Source: Callorhinchus milii
Lineage: Eukaryota
Assembly (NCBI RefSeq): GCF_018977255.1
Contig: NW_024704743.1
Span: 42,782,001 to 42,846,000, forward strand
Length of the DNA stretch: 64,000 nucleotides
Reading direction: 5' to 3'
Position 1 is the stretch's first letter. Each line of letters starts with the position of its first letter. Shown here piece after piece: positions 26,913 through 40,425 of this stretch. The notes under the pieces were generated by a model. It ran no database searches and was not told the DNA's origin. It worked only from the letters and a program-made list of their open reading frames with translations. The position numbers were made by a program, and so were the translations under genes.

Positions 26913-27774
26913 TCTTAAAGCTTAAGATTCTAAAAGAAATAACATGATAAAAAATCTATTTCCATTTGTTGAGGACATCAATGAGAAGAGGATTGCAGAA
27001 GACTCAAGGGAGAGGTTAGAAGCAATTTCTTGATTCCTTATCCTTACCCTGATGTTTTGACACAAGAAGGCACTCCATCAAATTCAAGGATTATTTGTAT
27101 GATTTTTAGTAATGAACAGTAGGTGGACTCGTGCCAAGCTAGTATTACACAAAATTAAGAAACAAGGTATTAGAGCACAAGAGTTATGTTTGAATTGAGA
27201 AATTAATATTCAGCCTCACCACAGAGGGTTTCAATTCTGATATTCCATTGCCATGCGCGTCATCTTGGAGCCGGCCCCAAGGAAACCTCCTTACCTCGTC
27301 TGAAGGAGGATAGTCACCAAATGGCCTTTAATGATAAGCTTTGAGTGATGGAAGGTTCAAGGTCACCCTGGGTGAAAATCCGTGACGTAAAAATCACAAG
27401 GAATTGCCAAGGAGCACCATGGAATTATTGTTTAAATAGAAAGAGAATTCGGAAACAGATTGGAATTATGGGCAATTTTAATTACTCTCATTTACAATGG
27501 AATAGGGGAAGGGATTTTCTTAAAGATCTGAGAGTTAATTTAAGCGTGCTTCTTTATTGAGTAGGTTACACCTAAGATTTGGGAAAAGGCCAAACTTGTA
27601 ATAACTGGTCATAATTTTCAGATCCTCTCATTCCACTTAGCCTGAGTTGTCAGACAATCTATGTTGTTTAAGTTATAATAATTTGGTGCCGATTTTATAC
27701 TGTTATTGGCGTGAATTTAATATTTAATTGCTGGCACAGCATGGTACTAAATCATTACTTTGAAAATGATGGTC

Positions 27775-27965
27775 TTAAGCACGTTCTTGTATCATGTGGA
27801 CTTTGATTTCAGATTGTAGAGTCTGAAATCAAAGCAAATAGTTCGGGTTTAATAAGGCAGTAGGCGGGGGGAGGGGGTTTGTTGGGGGGATGTACTGACA
27901 GTTGTTAATGTTTAGTCAGCTCCTTGGACTATATCAGAGCCCACATGATACAAGAACGTGCTTAA
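27775..27965. mobile_element. Non-autonomous TIR element (MITE) flanked by TTAA
   Basis: TTAAGCACGTTCTTGTATCATGTGG at left is exactly inverted at right (CCACATGATACAAGAACGTGCTTAA). Confidence 0.85.
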
Positions 27966-28092
27966 CACTGAAGTCAAGAGTGCACATTTTAAGAAAATAT
28001 TTAAGGCGAAAATTAAAAGAGAAATAGCTCTGCATAAATAACTAGCGGGATAAAGGCTTTGAATTTGATGCACATTCATTTTCATAGAAATA

Positions 28093-28263
28093 CAGTGAAC
28101 TCCTGATAACTCAACACTGGCTTAACTTGTCACTTAAGTCATCATACTGTCAATATCCTGGTTGCATTTGTTTATATATTTATACATATGCCTAACTCGT
28201 CACTCTGGATAACTCCTCATTGAGCCCATTTCTCTTGGAGTGATGAGTTATCAGGAGTAACTG
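28093..28263. mobile_element. Tc1/mariner-pogo (Tigger-like) MITE
   Basis: TA-CAGTGAACTCCTGATAACTCA ... TGAGTTATCAGGAGTAACTG; CAGT termini, left TA flank, internal subrepeats (TAACTCGTCAC). Confidence 0.8.
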
Positions 28264-28619
28264 TGTTATTATTTTAAGAGATCCACAATGAGCAAATAGT
28301 GTTACAGGAATACAAATAGTGTACTTGTTGATATCTGTCAGATAAAAGTCAAGAGAAAAATTACAATCTTCTTTCCTTCCAGCCAGCAGAGCAATGATTA
28401 CGCAGCATCCCAGGACATCATGATGTGCTGCATTTCAATCGAACTTTCCCTGCTGTGTGTGCCTAAACCCAACAAGTCAGCCAGCATAACACAGCTGCGC
28501 TGCACTAAGCACAGCAGCAAGTACAACATGAGGCCAGTGTGAGAATGCTGCCCTCTCATCCTACTCCTATTATAACAACATTAGGGGTGGAGGGATTGTG
28601 GCTGAGATTTCATGTACCT

Positions 28620-28950
28620 CATTACATACAGAGGTAGTGCCAGTAGATTGGAAAATGACTAATGTTTCAGCTTCAAAAGGAAGTCAAAGCTTGGTTTTGC
28701 AAGCGTTGCACTAGTTTTATACCTGCAGGTGTTGTCTTAAAACAAAGCCGTATAAGCCCACTTAAGAAAAAGTAAAAGCAATAATAAGTCAACACAGGTT
28801 ATTGAAAGCCAGGTGAAGTCTAAATTATGCATTGGGTGGACTGATAGAGGTTGCTTTCAGTTGGATGTGACTTTCAAAGGCATTTGATAAGATGGTGCAC
28901 AAAGAATTTAGAGATGACATGAGGTCTCTTGAGATAAAAGAGGATATAAT
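28620..28950 (+). mobile_element. Old CR1 RT remnant
   Basis: VVPVDWKMTNV, SQHRFI and TTTCAAAGGCATTTGATAAG (FQKAFDK-like). Confidence 0.7.
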
Positions 28951-29416
28951 ACATTTTCAGAATACTTAACAAATCTCTAAATGCAGATATCAAAAGTAAA
29001 GCTCTACGTTTGTAGATAATGCCATGGTGTTTGAGAAAGGAACATCAAGGAACTTACAACAGAATTACACTGTGTTTATTCTGCACTTTTCGAGCCAATA
29101 TATAAATCCGAGTTGAACAGGGAATTTCTAAAGCAAACCGAACACTGTACAACCAATATATTTCACAGCCCATTTCATTTTGTTAAATTCCCACTGGGAA
29201 CTTTTCGTGCAAAATGAAATGGTCCACAAAAAAATAATTTAATTAAAACTTACCTTCATTTTGATAAGATCGACATATGTGCAAATATATGAGCCCATTT
29301 CACAAAAAAAAAGCAGGCACCGGCTTGAATGGGTTCAATGTCCCAGTGGAACCCCAATTCTCAAAATCACTTGAAAAAGTAGAATATTAAAGGATACAGG
29401 GAGTGAGCAGAAGAAT

Positions 29417-29729
29417 ATAATAATTATAATCCTTGCATTTGTTATAGTGCTTTTCACGTCTTCTAGTCGTCTCAAAGCGCTTCACAGAATATACTGTAAA
29501 GTGAATTGACTGTACATTTTGTGGGCGAAACGTGGCCACCAATTGTGCACAGCAGTGTCCCACACACAGTCGTGGATTGAAGTGATCAAATTATTATTGC
29601 TTTTTTTAAGGGATTATGATCAGGTGTGTGTGGAGTAAGGAAACTTGCCCAAGGTTTCACCCTGCCGGAATCGAGCTCAGGTCTCTCGCTTGCGAGGCAA
29701 GTGCTCTAATCACTGAGCTACAGGATTCC
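29417..29729 (-). mobile_element. tRNA-Ala SINE, short form, full length
   Basis: Head and tail as in 12695-13014. Confidence 0.9.
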
Positions 29730-30867
29730 TGGGTTTAGATTAAGTGACTCAAATAAAAGCAGAACTCCAATGCAAATTGATGAGCTGAATGAAAGCAGAA
29801 CACCAGAATGCTTCCTTTTGAGTTCTTGGGCAATCCGATGGACAGATCAAGACATTTCACTGGACCAATTTTAATGTTATTAGCTTGCAATTTTAATAAC
29901 ATACAAAACAGTAAATTGAAGTTTTTCCCATGCACTTTTCTGGTGCTACTGAGCTGAGCTCTGATATTAAATATTACAGTAGTTTGACAGTCTCTGGTCA
30001 ACACAATGAGACATGGGAAGCATAAATCATGCTTCCCACTCCACATTGATCTACTGCTAGAAGTGCTATTTCTTCACTTCCAGATGTACAACCAGGGCAT
30101 TAGCCACTCAGTAGGTTCACCACAAATAGAATTTATTATTCATAAATGTAAGCTAATCGCATTAGCACTGAAACTGGCAAATCTTATTATAAAATGGAAG
30201 GTACACTGCTAAATAATATACGTAGAAGAAAGATCTGAACATAATAGCTGACCAAATATTAACACATTCCCACAGTGTTACAACTGTCAGAATAAATAAA
30301 AGGTAATATTAAATTTGTGAATCCATAGAATATAAATCAAGGAAAGTCTTACAGACACTCTATAGATGTATGAGGAAGCTGAAAGAGACTTAGGGGCGTG
30401 AGTTGACTCATTGCGCACCTGCCTAAACAGTGTGAGGCTACATTATCAAATCAGATTCCCAAAAGTCATGCTAGAGCTGTTCTGAACTCTGGTCAGGTCA
30501 CACATGCAATATTACATTCATATAGTTCTGGTTACCATGACAGAAGGACTCTGCCCAGGAACTTAGAGGCAGTCCAGAGGACATTACATTGCAATACACT
30601 ACGTAACATTACATTACATTTGCTACATTACAGAGAAGCGTTTTAGGTTGTTTTTTCGGGATTCTGATTTGTGGAGATTTCTATTAGGATTTCTCGATAA
30701 GGAAACCTTATTAAGTACTGTATGTCATACCAACCGATGGGAACTCCATTCCCAAAGCAGAGAGTGTCAGAGTGGAGTGACGTACCTTCAGTTTCCTTAT
30801 TGAAGAATCTCGTTAGAATTGTTGCATATTAATTATAAAATTATATAATTATATGATTTTATAATAG

Positions 30868-31227
30868 TACAGTGCTAGGGATGCGCTGCATAGTTGGAGG
30901 TGCCGTCCTCCCGACGTGAAAGGCGCTCTATAAATGGAATCTTGTTGTTGTTGTCCTTTGGATGAGATGCTGTATCCCTGTTCAGGTGCACATTAAATAT
31001 CCCATGGCTCGATTCGAAAAGAGAAAAGTTTCTGCTGTTGTCCTGGCCAACAATTCCCCCATTAAATTTAAACACTGACTTCATGGCTGTTTGTAGATAT
31101 TGCTGTATGCAAATTAACTGCCACGCTCGCCTGCACAGTCACTGCACTTTGCAATATATCCTAAAGCGCTTTGAGACAGTTCAACAACATGATAACCACT
31201 TTATGAAATGAAAGGATTTATTATTAT
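30868..31227 (+). mobile_element. DeuSINE with a 43-bp L2 tail insertion (30910-30952)
   Basis: GGAGGTGCCGTCCT [CCCGACGTGAAAGGCGC...(TTG)n] GTCCTTTGGATGAGA; TSD GTCCT. Confidence 0.8.
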
Positions 31228-32699
31228 TCCAAAATAGCAGAAATAAGGAGAATGTCACATGCCACCAATATTAAATATATATTTATTTTAAACAATTAAA
31301 TGAATTAAACATAAATATTTTCAATAGTCATGAACAAAAATATACACTTTTAATTAACATTAAAAATACATTTCTGACACCTATACATTATTGTGGAAAA
31401 GAGGTAAATCTATTAACAGGAATTAATAGTTTCATTCTACTTAGGGTCACAAAGCACAAATTCCATTAACTGTGCAGTCATTGGAGGAAGGGGTGGAAGG
31501 GAAAGCGGAAAAGTCTGCACCATGTGAAACAACAGTGGCCCCATGGTGTGAGGGCAGCATGTACTCAGCATCTGGACACCAGCATGAGATTGCATGCCTA
31601 TCAACAGAGGATAATACACTGCCTAATCTGCCTTTTAATTGACCCGTGTGAAAGGACGAAACCAGGAGACGCACAGAGTGTCCAAGCTAAAGTCATGTTG
31701 ATCATTGTCTATGGACACAGTGGGGGATAGAAGGAGGGAGTCAAAAAGAAACATTTAGTTAGAGTGACTTTCCTCTCGTCAGTAAATGTACTGACCTTGC
31801 TGGCGAGCTTGTGTCCATAGTGTCAAAATCATAGAAGAATGCTGAAGGCTTCAATCTTCTAGGCATGAAGAGTCTGAGGTACTGTATTTGTAGATCATTT
31901 ACTCAAACATGTGCTGCGTAGGAGATAACACCACAGTACACATATCACTTTTATATGTTAGATTTCACATCATACATGTACCATTGAAGAATTTAAGAAT
32001 TTTCCACATTAATTATTAATTAACGATAATAATTTGGTCACTCAATCCACGACTGTTTGTGGGACACTGCTGTGCGCAATTGTCTGCCCCATTTATCCCA
32101 CAAAATACCAGTCAATTCACTTTACGAAGATTATTATTATCATACAAGCACCAGTTTGTTTTTCAGCCAACATTCATCACACTCATTATTTGAAAACTTA
32201 AAAAGTTCTTAAAATCAAAATGCTCTGTGTGAGATCACGCCGAGACCCTATCCTGTGTGAAGGGCACTCTATGAATGCAAGCTGTTTTTCTTGTCATATC
32301 TGCAAGGTAGCTTGACATGAAACTTGCCTTTCACCTTCAGCTGATCTGTCAGCGTTGATCTCAGCTGTACTGAATACAGATACAATTATTTAAAAAATAG
32401 TGATCAGGAGCAGAATGTTTTATTGATTTTCTTTCTTTATCCCAGTGGAACTAATTGTAGTATTCCTAATGTCAAAGGCACTACAGATACAATGATCAAA
32501 TGGTGCAATCAAACCTGCACCATTTCTGGTCTTTATGGCTCAGCCGTACACTGGATAAAGTGGTTGAGCAATTAGACATGAGTTTTAATTCACTATAGAT
32601 TACTAGTTTATAGTTGTGAATGGAAATCACATCTGACCTTTATTTGCCAATGTAAATTGTCCAAGTTATGACCTTGACATCTCAATCAACGGAAAAATC

Positions 32700-32876
32700 T
32701 GATAGATTTTTTAAAAACAGAGGGATTAGGGTATATGGGGATAGGGCAGGTAATTAGAGTTAGGTCTGAAGATCAGCCATGATCTTATCGAATGGCGGAG
32801 CAGGCTCGAGGGGCCAAATGGCCTACTCCTGTTCATAATTCTTATGCTCTTATGTTCTTATGTTCTTATGTTCTTA
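32700..32876 (+). mobile_element. CR1 3' end with (TTCTTATG)n tail
   Basis: GATCAGCCATGATC...GGCTCGAGGGGCCAAATGGCCTACTCCTG plus 8-mer repeats. Confidence 0.9.
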
Positions 32877-33092
32877 GCACCTTAGCAAACACGTGTGTCA
32901 AGTGACAATGTGCCACAGGATAGATTATTTCACAAACTGTGATAGCCAGGTATCAAGGGCAAGATATGGAAGTGGCTTCAGAATTGCAAGGTACAACATA
33001 GAGAATTCAAGATTAGGAAACACACGTAACAACAACAACTTGCATTTATGTAGCACCCTTCATGCAGGGTAGCATCTCAAAGTTCCTACTCC

Positions 33093-33285
33093 ATGGATAG
33101 AATAGAACTTGCCAAAGGAGAAGCTGAAAGCTGTTTAGGAGAGTTAGTTGACTCATCGCTCACTATATTAAAACAGTATGAGACAACTCTAAACAAGGCC
33201 GACAGCACACTAGGCTATATTGTTAAATCTGTTGAATTTAGATGCACAGACAACATATTCAAGTTATATAATGCTTTGGTCAGGA
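33093..33285 (+). mobile_element. CR1 ORF2 fragment
   Basis: LGELVDSSL...KADSTLGYIVKSVEFR...KLYNALVR. Confidence 0.85.
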
Positions 33286-34152
33286 TGAGATCAGATGGGA
33301 TAAAAGGGCCCTCTTCATCTAAACTAATTTTGTGTGACCAACTCTGGCACACACAGCACAGAGAGCAGAGAGTGCTGTTGGATGGAACCAGTGTAATTTA
33401 AAGGATATACACATAGATACAGGAGTTACAAGAAGGCCTGAGGTTTATGTCCAAATGATGGGGCAGGTTTAGCAGTAATAAGGGTTGGATGAACAACAAA
33501 CTGGTATTCTGTATGGGACACATATGGTGTGAAATCTAAAATTTTCAAGTAACATGAGTACTGGTAGCTCTTATGCAGCATGTTCTGCAAGTGGCTGATC
33601 TACAAGTTATAAATATTCCAAACTGCTTCATGCTGAGTAGACTGAAGACTTCAGCATTCTTCTACGTGCAATCCATATATTTTGACAGTTTTGTTTCATT
33701 AGCAAATTTAGCATGAACATTACTGTTGCACCCAATGGCATGGAAGCTGCCTTTTAGCCACAGCTTAACTAATGAAAATGCAAATTCTGTCATGTTTCAC
33801 AACACACCAGAATCATAGTGCGTGTAAACAGGACTCACTTTGAAAGTTTGGCAAAAGATCACACACTTAATAGTTTTTAACCTATTCTTCACATTACCCA
33901 GACACATTACACTAAGACTACTTGGGTTCTTGTTCATCCAATTCTTATTACTGCTTAACCCCTGATCCCTTTTTTGTCAATTCAGACATCAAACACCAAT
34001 GTCACTTCAGCAGTTGAAGAATCTCAGAAGGTAATATTTTCAGCCATGCCAATGAGTAGGACAAGACCACCCAGGTTCAAGGTTGTGAAGAATAATTTCA
34101 CTCAGTGTTTTTCCCTCTGATCCTGGCCAACAATTCTCCAGGTAAAAAATAT

Positions 34153-34510
34153 TAATAATCCTTGCATTTGATATAGCGCCTTATCACGTCTTCAAGACAT
34201 CTCAAAGCGCTTCACAGAATATACTGTAAAGTGAATTGACTGTATATTTTGTGGGCAAAACATGGCAGCCAATTGCACACAGCAGTGTCCCACAAATAGT
34301 CATGGATTGAGAGGCCAATTTATTATATATATATTTTTTAAGGAATTATTACCCCTGGAAAAGGAACCAACAAGCGACGAACAACTGGGTTCCTACTAAC
34401 TGCTGGGTAAACAGAGGCGTGTGGAGCAAGGAAACTTGCCCAATCTTTCGCCCTGCCAGGAATCAAACTCAAGTCTCTCACTTGCAAGGTGAGTGTTCTA
34501 ACCACTGAGC
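34153..34510 (-). mobile_element. tRNA-Ala SINE, long form
   Basis: Family head and tail plus the CTGCTGGGTAAACAGAGGCG segment. Confidence 0.9.
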
Positions 34511-34544
34511 TTTAAAACCTATCTCTTTGAATCTTTCCTTTCCA

Positions 34545-34950
34545 GCTCGGCATCAAGGCATGCTGCTATTAAGTGTTCCAGGATGCTACCCACGTGAAGG
34601 GCACTACATAAATAACAACAACAATAAATTACATTTGTATAGCGCCTTTCACATCAGGAGGACGTCCCAAGGCACTGGACAGTGAGGGATCCGCATCCGA
34701 GCTGGTGGTTGGGATCAGTAGAGGTGGAGGGCGGGGACGGTGGGTGGGTTGGTGGCAGTGCTTTGGAACTCTTTCTCTCAATCCCTCTGCCTTGCCCCTT
34801 AGTTCCTCAATTTTCAGATTATGCCTTATAACCTTCTTTTTTGATTGTGCTTACGGTCACCTCCTCCCGGCTCGGCATCAGGTTCCTCCACTGTTACGTC
34901 TTTCAAGACACAACCCAGGGTTGCTATATAAATACATGTTGTTGTTGTTG
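34545..34950. mobile_element. Cluster of three short L2 3' ends (type B +, type A -, type B +)
   Basis: Tails at ~34545-34612, ~34615-34750 and ~34760-34950. Confidence 0.75.
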
Positions 34951-37214
34951 AAAGTTCCCCCACTCCTCAGACTCGTTAATACTTTTATTTATCAAGCATT
35001 TACAGAATTCCCTTTTTTAGCGTTATCTCACTTGCAATGCATTGTTGTTCTGTCAACATTCACTATTGGATATCATACTTTGTAATATTTTTCAGATGAA
35101 AATATCAGGAGAGCATTCTCTAGTTTTGTTCCAATAGTTTTTCTGATCTAAATATATGGCAAGTAATTCAGGGGGATGGAGCCTTAAGCCGAGTTAACAA
35201 AATGAAATGCTTTTATGGTTTTGAACTCTGAGCTACCTTTCCTAACAGGAATGCTTCAGATTTATGCCATATTATTTAAAAACAGCACACATGGCCAAAT
35301 GAACACTACTTATATTCTGCCAGCAATACTGAATACATTACATACAACTGAGACTCATAAACAGGATGTATGACAGTGTCCAGGTCCTTGTGATTAAACG
35401 TAATAGCTGTAAAAACATATACAGATAACTCCAAGAAAGGTTCTGTTATAAAATGCCAATAAGCAGCTGTCCTCAACTAAGCATTGTTTTCCAGCGATAG
35501 TACATTTGGGCTCAGTAAACTGTATTTCTAGCCTGTTTAACAGGTGTCCTTTTGTTATTACCTTAGGTACAAGCAACCCAAACCTCTGATAAACATGGAC
35601 GAGAGGGGCGTGTCCCTCACCACCCCTCAGCTTCCACCAATATCTCCTTGCTCTGTCTCTGACTGCCTCAATCTTCTAGGCCTCTCTATCTCCAACTCAA
35701 TGGAATAATGCGTAACCTCGGCATCTGACTCAATCCTCAGCTCTCTTTTCTCTTCTCACCTGATCTATGATTAAGACTGTTTTCTCCATCCATGCCACAT
35801 CACCTATCAGCCTAACCTCAACCTGTATCTCAAACCATCACCTCCCAAGCGTCTGGCACGTTCTAAACAAAGGGCTCAGAAGATGTTATAGTCTACATGA
35901 AGTGGACTATATAAAAATGCAAGTTTTTTGTTGTCTGGACTACACAGGTAGTGTCTCAGAGTACAGCACAATGACGGGGTTTGACACTGAGCAAGAGGGG
36001 GTTGGGAGGTAACCATAGGCATGTTGAGTAGGTAAGTCTTAAGACGGTATTTAAAAATATATAAAGAGGGGTCAAGGGAAAGGGACGACAAGTCACATTT
36101 CACATTCAGTCATTTGAATATTTTTGAAATTTCGTCCACAGAAATTGATTTTCAGATTAAAACTGTGATATTTCAAACTATAACTCTCAGATATGTCTGC
36201 CACTGAATTTAAGATTACAGGTGCCTTGTGTAAGCATCTCAAGAGTGATAAGTTGCTTAGGGTAAGGAAAGCTTTACAAAAGAGACAAAATCCAATGAAA
36301 TACATTTAAATTAGACTATAATAAATTGATTTTCCATTTACAGTTTGTGAGTTATGTGGAACTTGGATAGATGCTTAAAGAGCCATTGCTGAAAAGGAGC
36401 TTTCCTCTCTGTTTGTCCTGCCCTACAACTAACCTTGGGAATTGCTGAATGTTGGAGTTGAAAACATGATATTTGCAAACTGTAAGTCAATACAACACAA
36501 ATTTATATTATAAATTTACATTTATATCGTGCCTTACTGTCGGGAGGACGTCCCAAGGTGTTGAACAAGTCGATGCACAATTTAGTTTTGCAAATGAAAT
36601 TGTATGTTCGCTTAAAATATTGCGCTGGGGAGGGCACAGAATCCAACTCCGGAGGCCTACAAAAGCTGTGTTATGCGGCTTTGATTTCTGTCCTTTTGTC
36701 TGAATTTTGGTGGGGGGGTGGGGGGGGTTGAAACCTTAAAGACAGTGGCAATTGTGACTACCATTTTGTGAATATGCCATTGTCAGCCCCATTGTTGTCA
36801 AAGGCAATGTGTGCTCTGTTCCTCAGTACTCAGACCCTTCACTCCAATGAATACCAAAGTCTTGGACAAAGATAACGTCAACTGTTTATGACAGTATGAG
36901 ATAACCAGCTCTGAAGAGTCACAGTACCCGACAGTGTGTGAGAAAGCTGAAATAGCAATCAGCAGAGGTACTACCATTAATCCAGGATGCTCAGCTTGTT
37001 ATTTGAACTGTTTTATTAATTCAGCTCTCTCTCTTTCAATACTGGGCTCAGTAGCTTCTCATGTGAACAACTCCTTGAGAACAGCATGAGCCATTGGGAA
37101 AAAAAACTCAAAAATTATAAAAGAAATTTAAGCAATTCAAGAAGTGGCAAAAACAGACAAAATGAATCATAATTCCTTGTAAATCTTTTATTTTTTTTAA
37201 AATAGCATTTCTGT

Positions 37215-37603
37215 AATAATAATCAAATAATATTCCTTGCATTTGGGATAGAGCCTTTCGCATTGGGAGGACATCTCAAAGCGATTCATGTGGAATCCTG
37301 TAAATTGTAGCGATTGTGCGTTTTATAAGCGAACTTGGCAGCTAATTTGCACAAAACAATGTCTCCATAAACAGCCGTGAAGTGAATGACCAATTTTATT
37401 TGAGGAGAAACTCCCTTCATTTTTCGAATAGTGCCAAGGGATCGTTTATGTCCACCTGAAAAGGCAGAGGGGGAACTTGGTTTAACGACTTAGCTGAAGG
37501 ATGGCACCTTCAACACCCCCAGCACTACACTGGAGTGTCAACCTAAATTTGTAAATTCAAAGTACCAACATGGGGCTTGAACCTACAACCTTCTGACTCA
37601 AAT
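37215..37603 (-). mobile_element. DeuSINE, near full length
   Basis: CGAATAGTGCCAAGGGATC..GTCCACCTGAA core; GGCTTGAACCTACAACCTTCTGACTCA. Confidence 0.85.
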
Positions 37604-37894
37604 GCATGACACCTAAGCAGGATATCCTGCAGTATTATACAGTTGTGAGTATAGTACAGTATTCATGCCGAATTAGCGTAGGGTGATTAATGTCTGGGAA
37701 GTGTTTACCGAGATACCTTTCTCTTGCCTGAAAACTAGAATATAGAATTTAATGCTTACACCCACACTAGATGTAAGAGACTAAGGATCTATTCAGTTTC
37801 TGAAATGCTATTCCATATCAATTAAAAGAGCCAAATAAAGAAAAGGTGGGTGTATAATGATTTCTGACCTCAGAAGGCTTTAGTGTTCAGTGTG

Positions 37895-38249
37895 ATAATA
37901 TTAACAATCCTTGCATTTGATAAAACCCCTTATGACCTCGTTGAGACATCTCAAAGCATTTCACAGAATATATTGTAAAGTGTAGTGACTGTGTATTTTG
38001 GTGTAAAACTTGGCAGCCAATTGCACACAGTGACCAAATTATTATTATTATTATTTTATTTTGGGGAGATTATCACCCCCAAAAATCGATCCATCAATCG
38101 GCAAACAACCAGGTTCCTACTTACTGCTGGGTAAACAGAGGCGTATGTAGAGTAAGGAACATTGCCCAAGGTTTTGTCCCGTCTGGGAATTGAACCCAGG
38201 TCCACTCGTTTGCAAGGCAAGTCCACTAACCACTATGCTATAGGATTCC
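37895..38249 (-). mobile_element. tRNA-Ala SINE, long form
   Basis: Contains TACTGCTGGGTAAACAGAGGCG; head with TTGCAA anticodon loop. Confidence 0.85.
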
Positions 38250-39009
38250 TTTCACCTCGTCACTCACTCCATCCATCCACGTTAAGATATCAGACCAAAT
38301 ATAGCAATGAATCATTATCTGCCATGAAAATGATGGCACTCACATACACCGATCCTTCTCGGACATCTAAGTACACTTAAACAATTAGCATTAAAAATCT
38401 GATGTAGTATTACCAAACGTGACATCTAGTGATAAGACATCAATTCTGGCTTATTATTTTTAGAATTGCAATATCTGGAAACCATGAGATTATTTTACAA
38501 GGGCGGGTTTAGGAGGAGAAGGAAGGAAATTAACTGTATTTATGCACCATTTCTATTCTAGTTTCCCCAGCCCAGCTATCACTATGATTAAGTAGGTCAT
38601 TGCTACCAAAGTATTCAAGCTCCAAGACGCTATCCCTCGCGAAGGGCACTGTATAAATGCAAGTTGTTGTGGTTGTTGCTAATTCCCTTCTCAGCCACTC
38701 TCATGAGTGACCAAAAGATAGCTCTTTTGCCAATGTTTTCTCCTTCCCTTTGTAACATCACCAGCCTCTAATTGGTTTCTCGTCCTTAACAGCTCTACAT
38801 TCCATCATAATAATAATCCTATTCATAATAATAATTAAGATCATGATTAGTTTGGGAAAAAATTTAAATTCAGTCCTAATTTAAGAAGCTGCGTCTGTAG
38901 AAAAAGGGCTTCTAAATTAAGAGTGAATTTAAGAATTCAGCACAGACTTCAATTTTAAAGCAATATTAAGGCTAAGACTATGAGAAAATGTGGGGCCTCA
39001 GATCTGCAC

Positions 39010-39540
39010 ACATCCACTACACCCGACCCTATGAAACTCCCTGCCTCAATTCCTCCGCCTTGCCTCTCTTTACCCGCCTTCAGATCATACCTGACCACTT
39101 TCCTCTTTAACCGCACCTATGGCCACCTGCCATTTCCCTCTGGCTCAACATCAAAATGTGCTATTGTTCAGCACTCCAAGGTTACCCTACATGAAGCGAG
39201 TTAGATAATCAAAGTTTTGCTGTTGTTAAGTGAGCCAAGTAAACGTTTCCTCCAAAAAATCTGCCTACTTCTCATATATCAACATGGTACAGTCACCTCC
39301 ACACTCACCCTTACATTTTGCAGTGGTTACCAACAAAAACAACAACTTGCATTTATATAGTGCCCCTCATGCAGGGTAGCATCCCAGAGCGCTTGACAGT
39401 GGTGGTGCATGACTCTGAGCCTGAGGGAGTGGGGAGGTGACCGTAGGCACAGTCAAATAGGAAGGTCTTCAGGGGCAACCTGAAGATGACGAAGGAAGGG
39501 GCAAGGTGGAGGGATAGAGGAAAAGTGTTCCAGAGTTCCA
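39010..39540. mobile_element. Two L2 3' ends (+ ~39010-39225; - ~39330-39540)
   Basis: FRSYLTTFLFNRTYGH and LWNTFP...LKTFLFDCAYGH with type B tails. Confidence 0.8.
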
Positions 39541-39929
39541 ATGTTCCACAGCAACAACAGGGAATTGTAATCAGTTGAACACATTTGGCTTTAATGTTTC
39601 ATATAAAATAGTGGATGCTAACAAAACTAACACAAGACTAACATAGACTGACTCATGATTCGGAGGTTTGCTCAAACTTTTCCCTGCTGGTTTATGGTGC
39701 TATGTGAAGCATAGATAGTGCTTGCTGCCTTGTTAAACACTCTCAGCCATCTGTTGTTCTTTCTACAATGAATATATTCAATTCCAAGTTGATGCATTGA
39801 ATTGAAAAGTAACCAGATCACAGGATCTCTGTGCGGGCAGCCTGATTTGGAAATGAAAACCTCAGGAAACTGATTGCTGAAATAAAATATAAACATGTTT
39901 CAATAATAAAGGGTATCCGCCTGATTCAT

Positions 39930-40425
39930 TTAGGAGAGCTCTCACCTCTGATGCAGAAGGTGACTTTGGCTGCATGACCTGAGCTGACACTCCAATCGAG
40001 ACTGGAGGCTGCACTGTCGGAGATGCTGGCCTTCAGATAAGCCATTAAACTGAGGTCCTGTCTGCCTGTTCAGGTGGCCACTAATTATTCTACAGTGCTA
40101 TTTACAATAATAATAATCCTTGCATTTGATCCAGCGCCTTATCATGCCTTTGAGACGTCTCAAAACGCTTCACAGAATATACTGTAAAGTGAATTGATTG
40201 TATATTTTGTGGGCGAAAAGGGAAAGGAGTTCTCCCATTGTCCTGGCCAATAGTTCTCCAGATAAAATTGGTCATACACTTCAGGTCTGTTTGTGTGATA
40301 CTGCTATGCACAAATTGGCTGCCACATTCGGTTACAAAAATACGCAGTCACTACACTTCACAGTAAATCCTGTGAAGTACATCCACCTGACGTGAAAGGC
40401 ATGATATCAAGTGAAATTATTCTTA
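39930..40425 (+). mobile_element. DeuSINE interrupted by a minus-strand tRNA-Ala SINE tail (~40107-40218)
   Basis: Deu core to CTGTTCAGGTGG, resuming at GGAGTTCTCCCATTGTCCTGGCCAA. Confidence 0.75.

Noticed and set aside
29254..29370. Minus-strand exon with AAG|GTAAGT donor
   Set aside because: All three frames from the nearest acceptor contain stops; no support as a coding exon
31796..31860. Minus-strand exon RLKPSAFFYDFDTMDTSSPAR
   Set aside because: Overlaps the repeat that also occurs at 33520-33690
36708..36728. G-quadruplex-like G runs
   Set aside because: Simple low-complexity tracts that are common throughout the window
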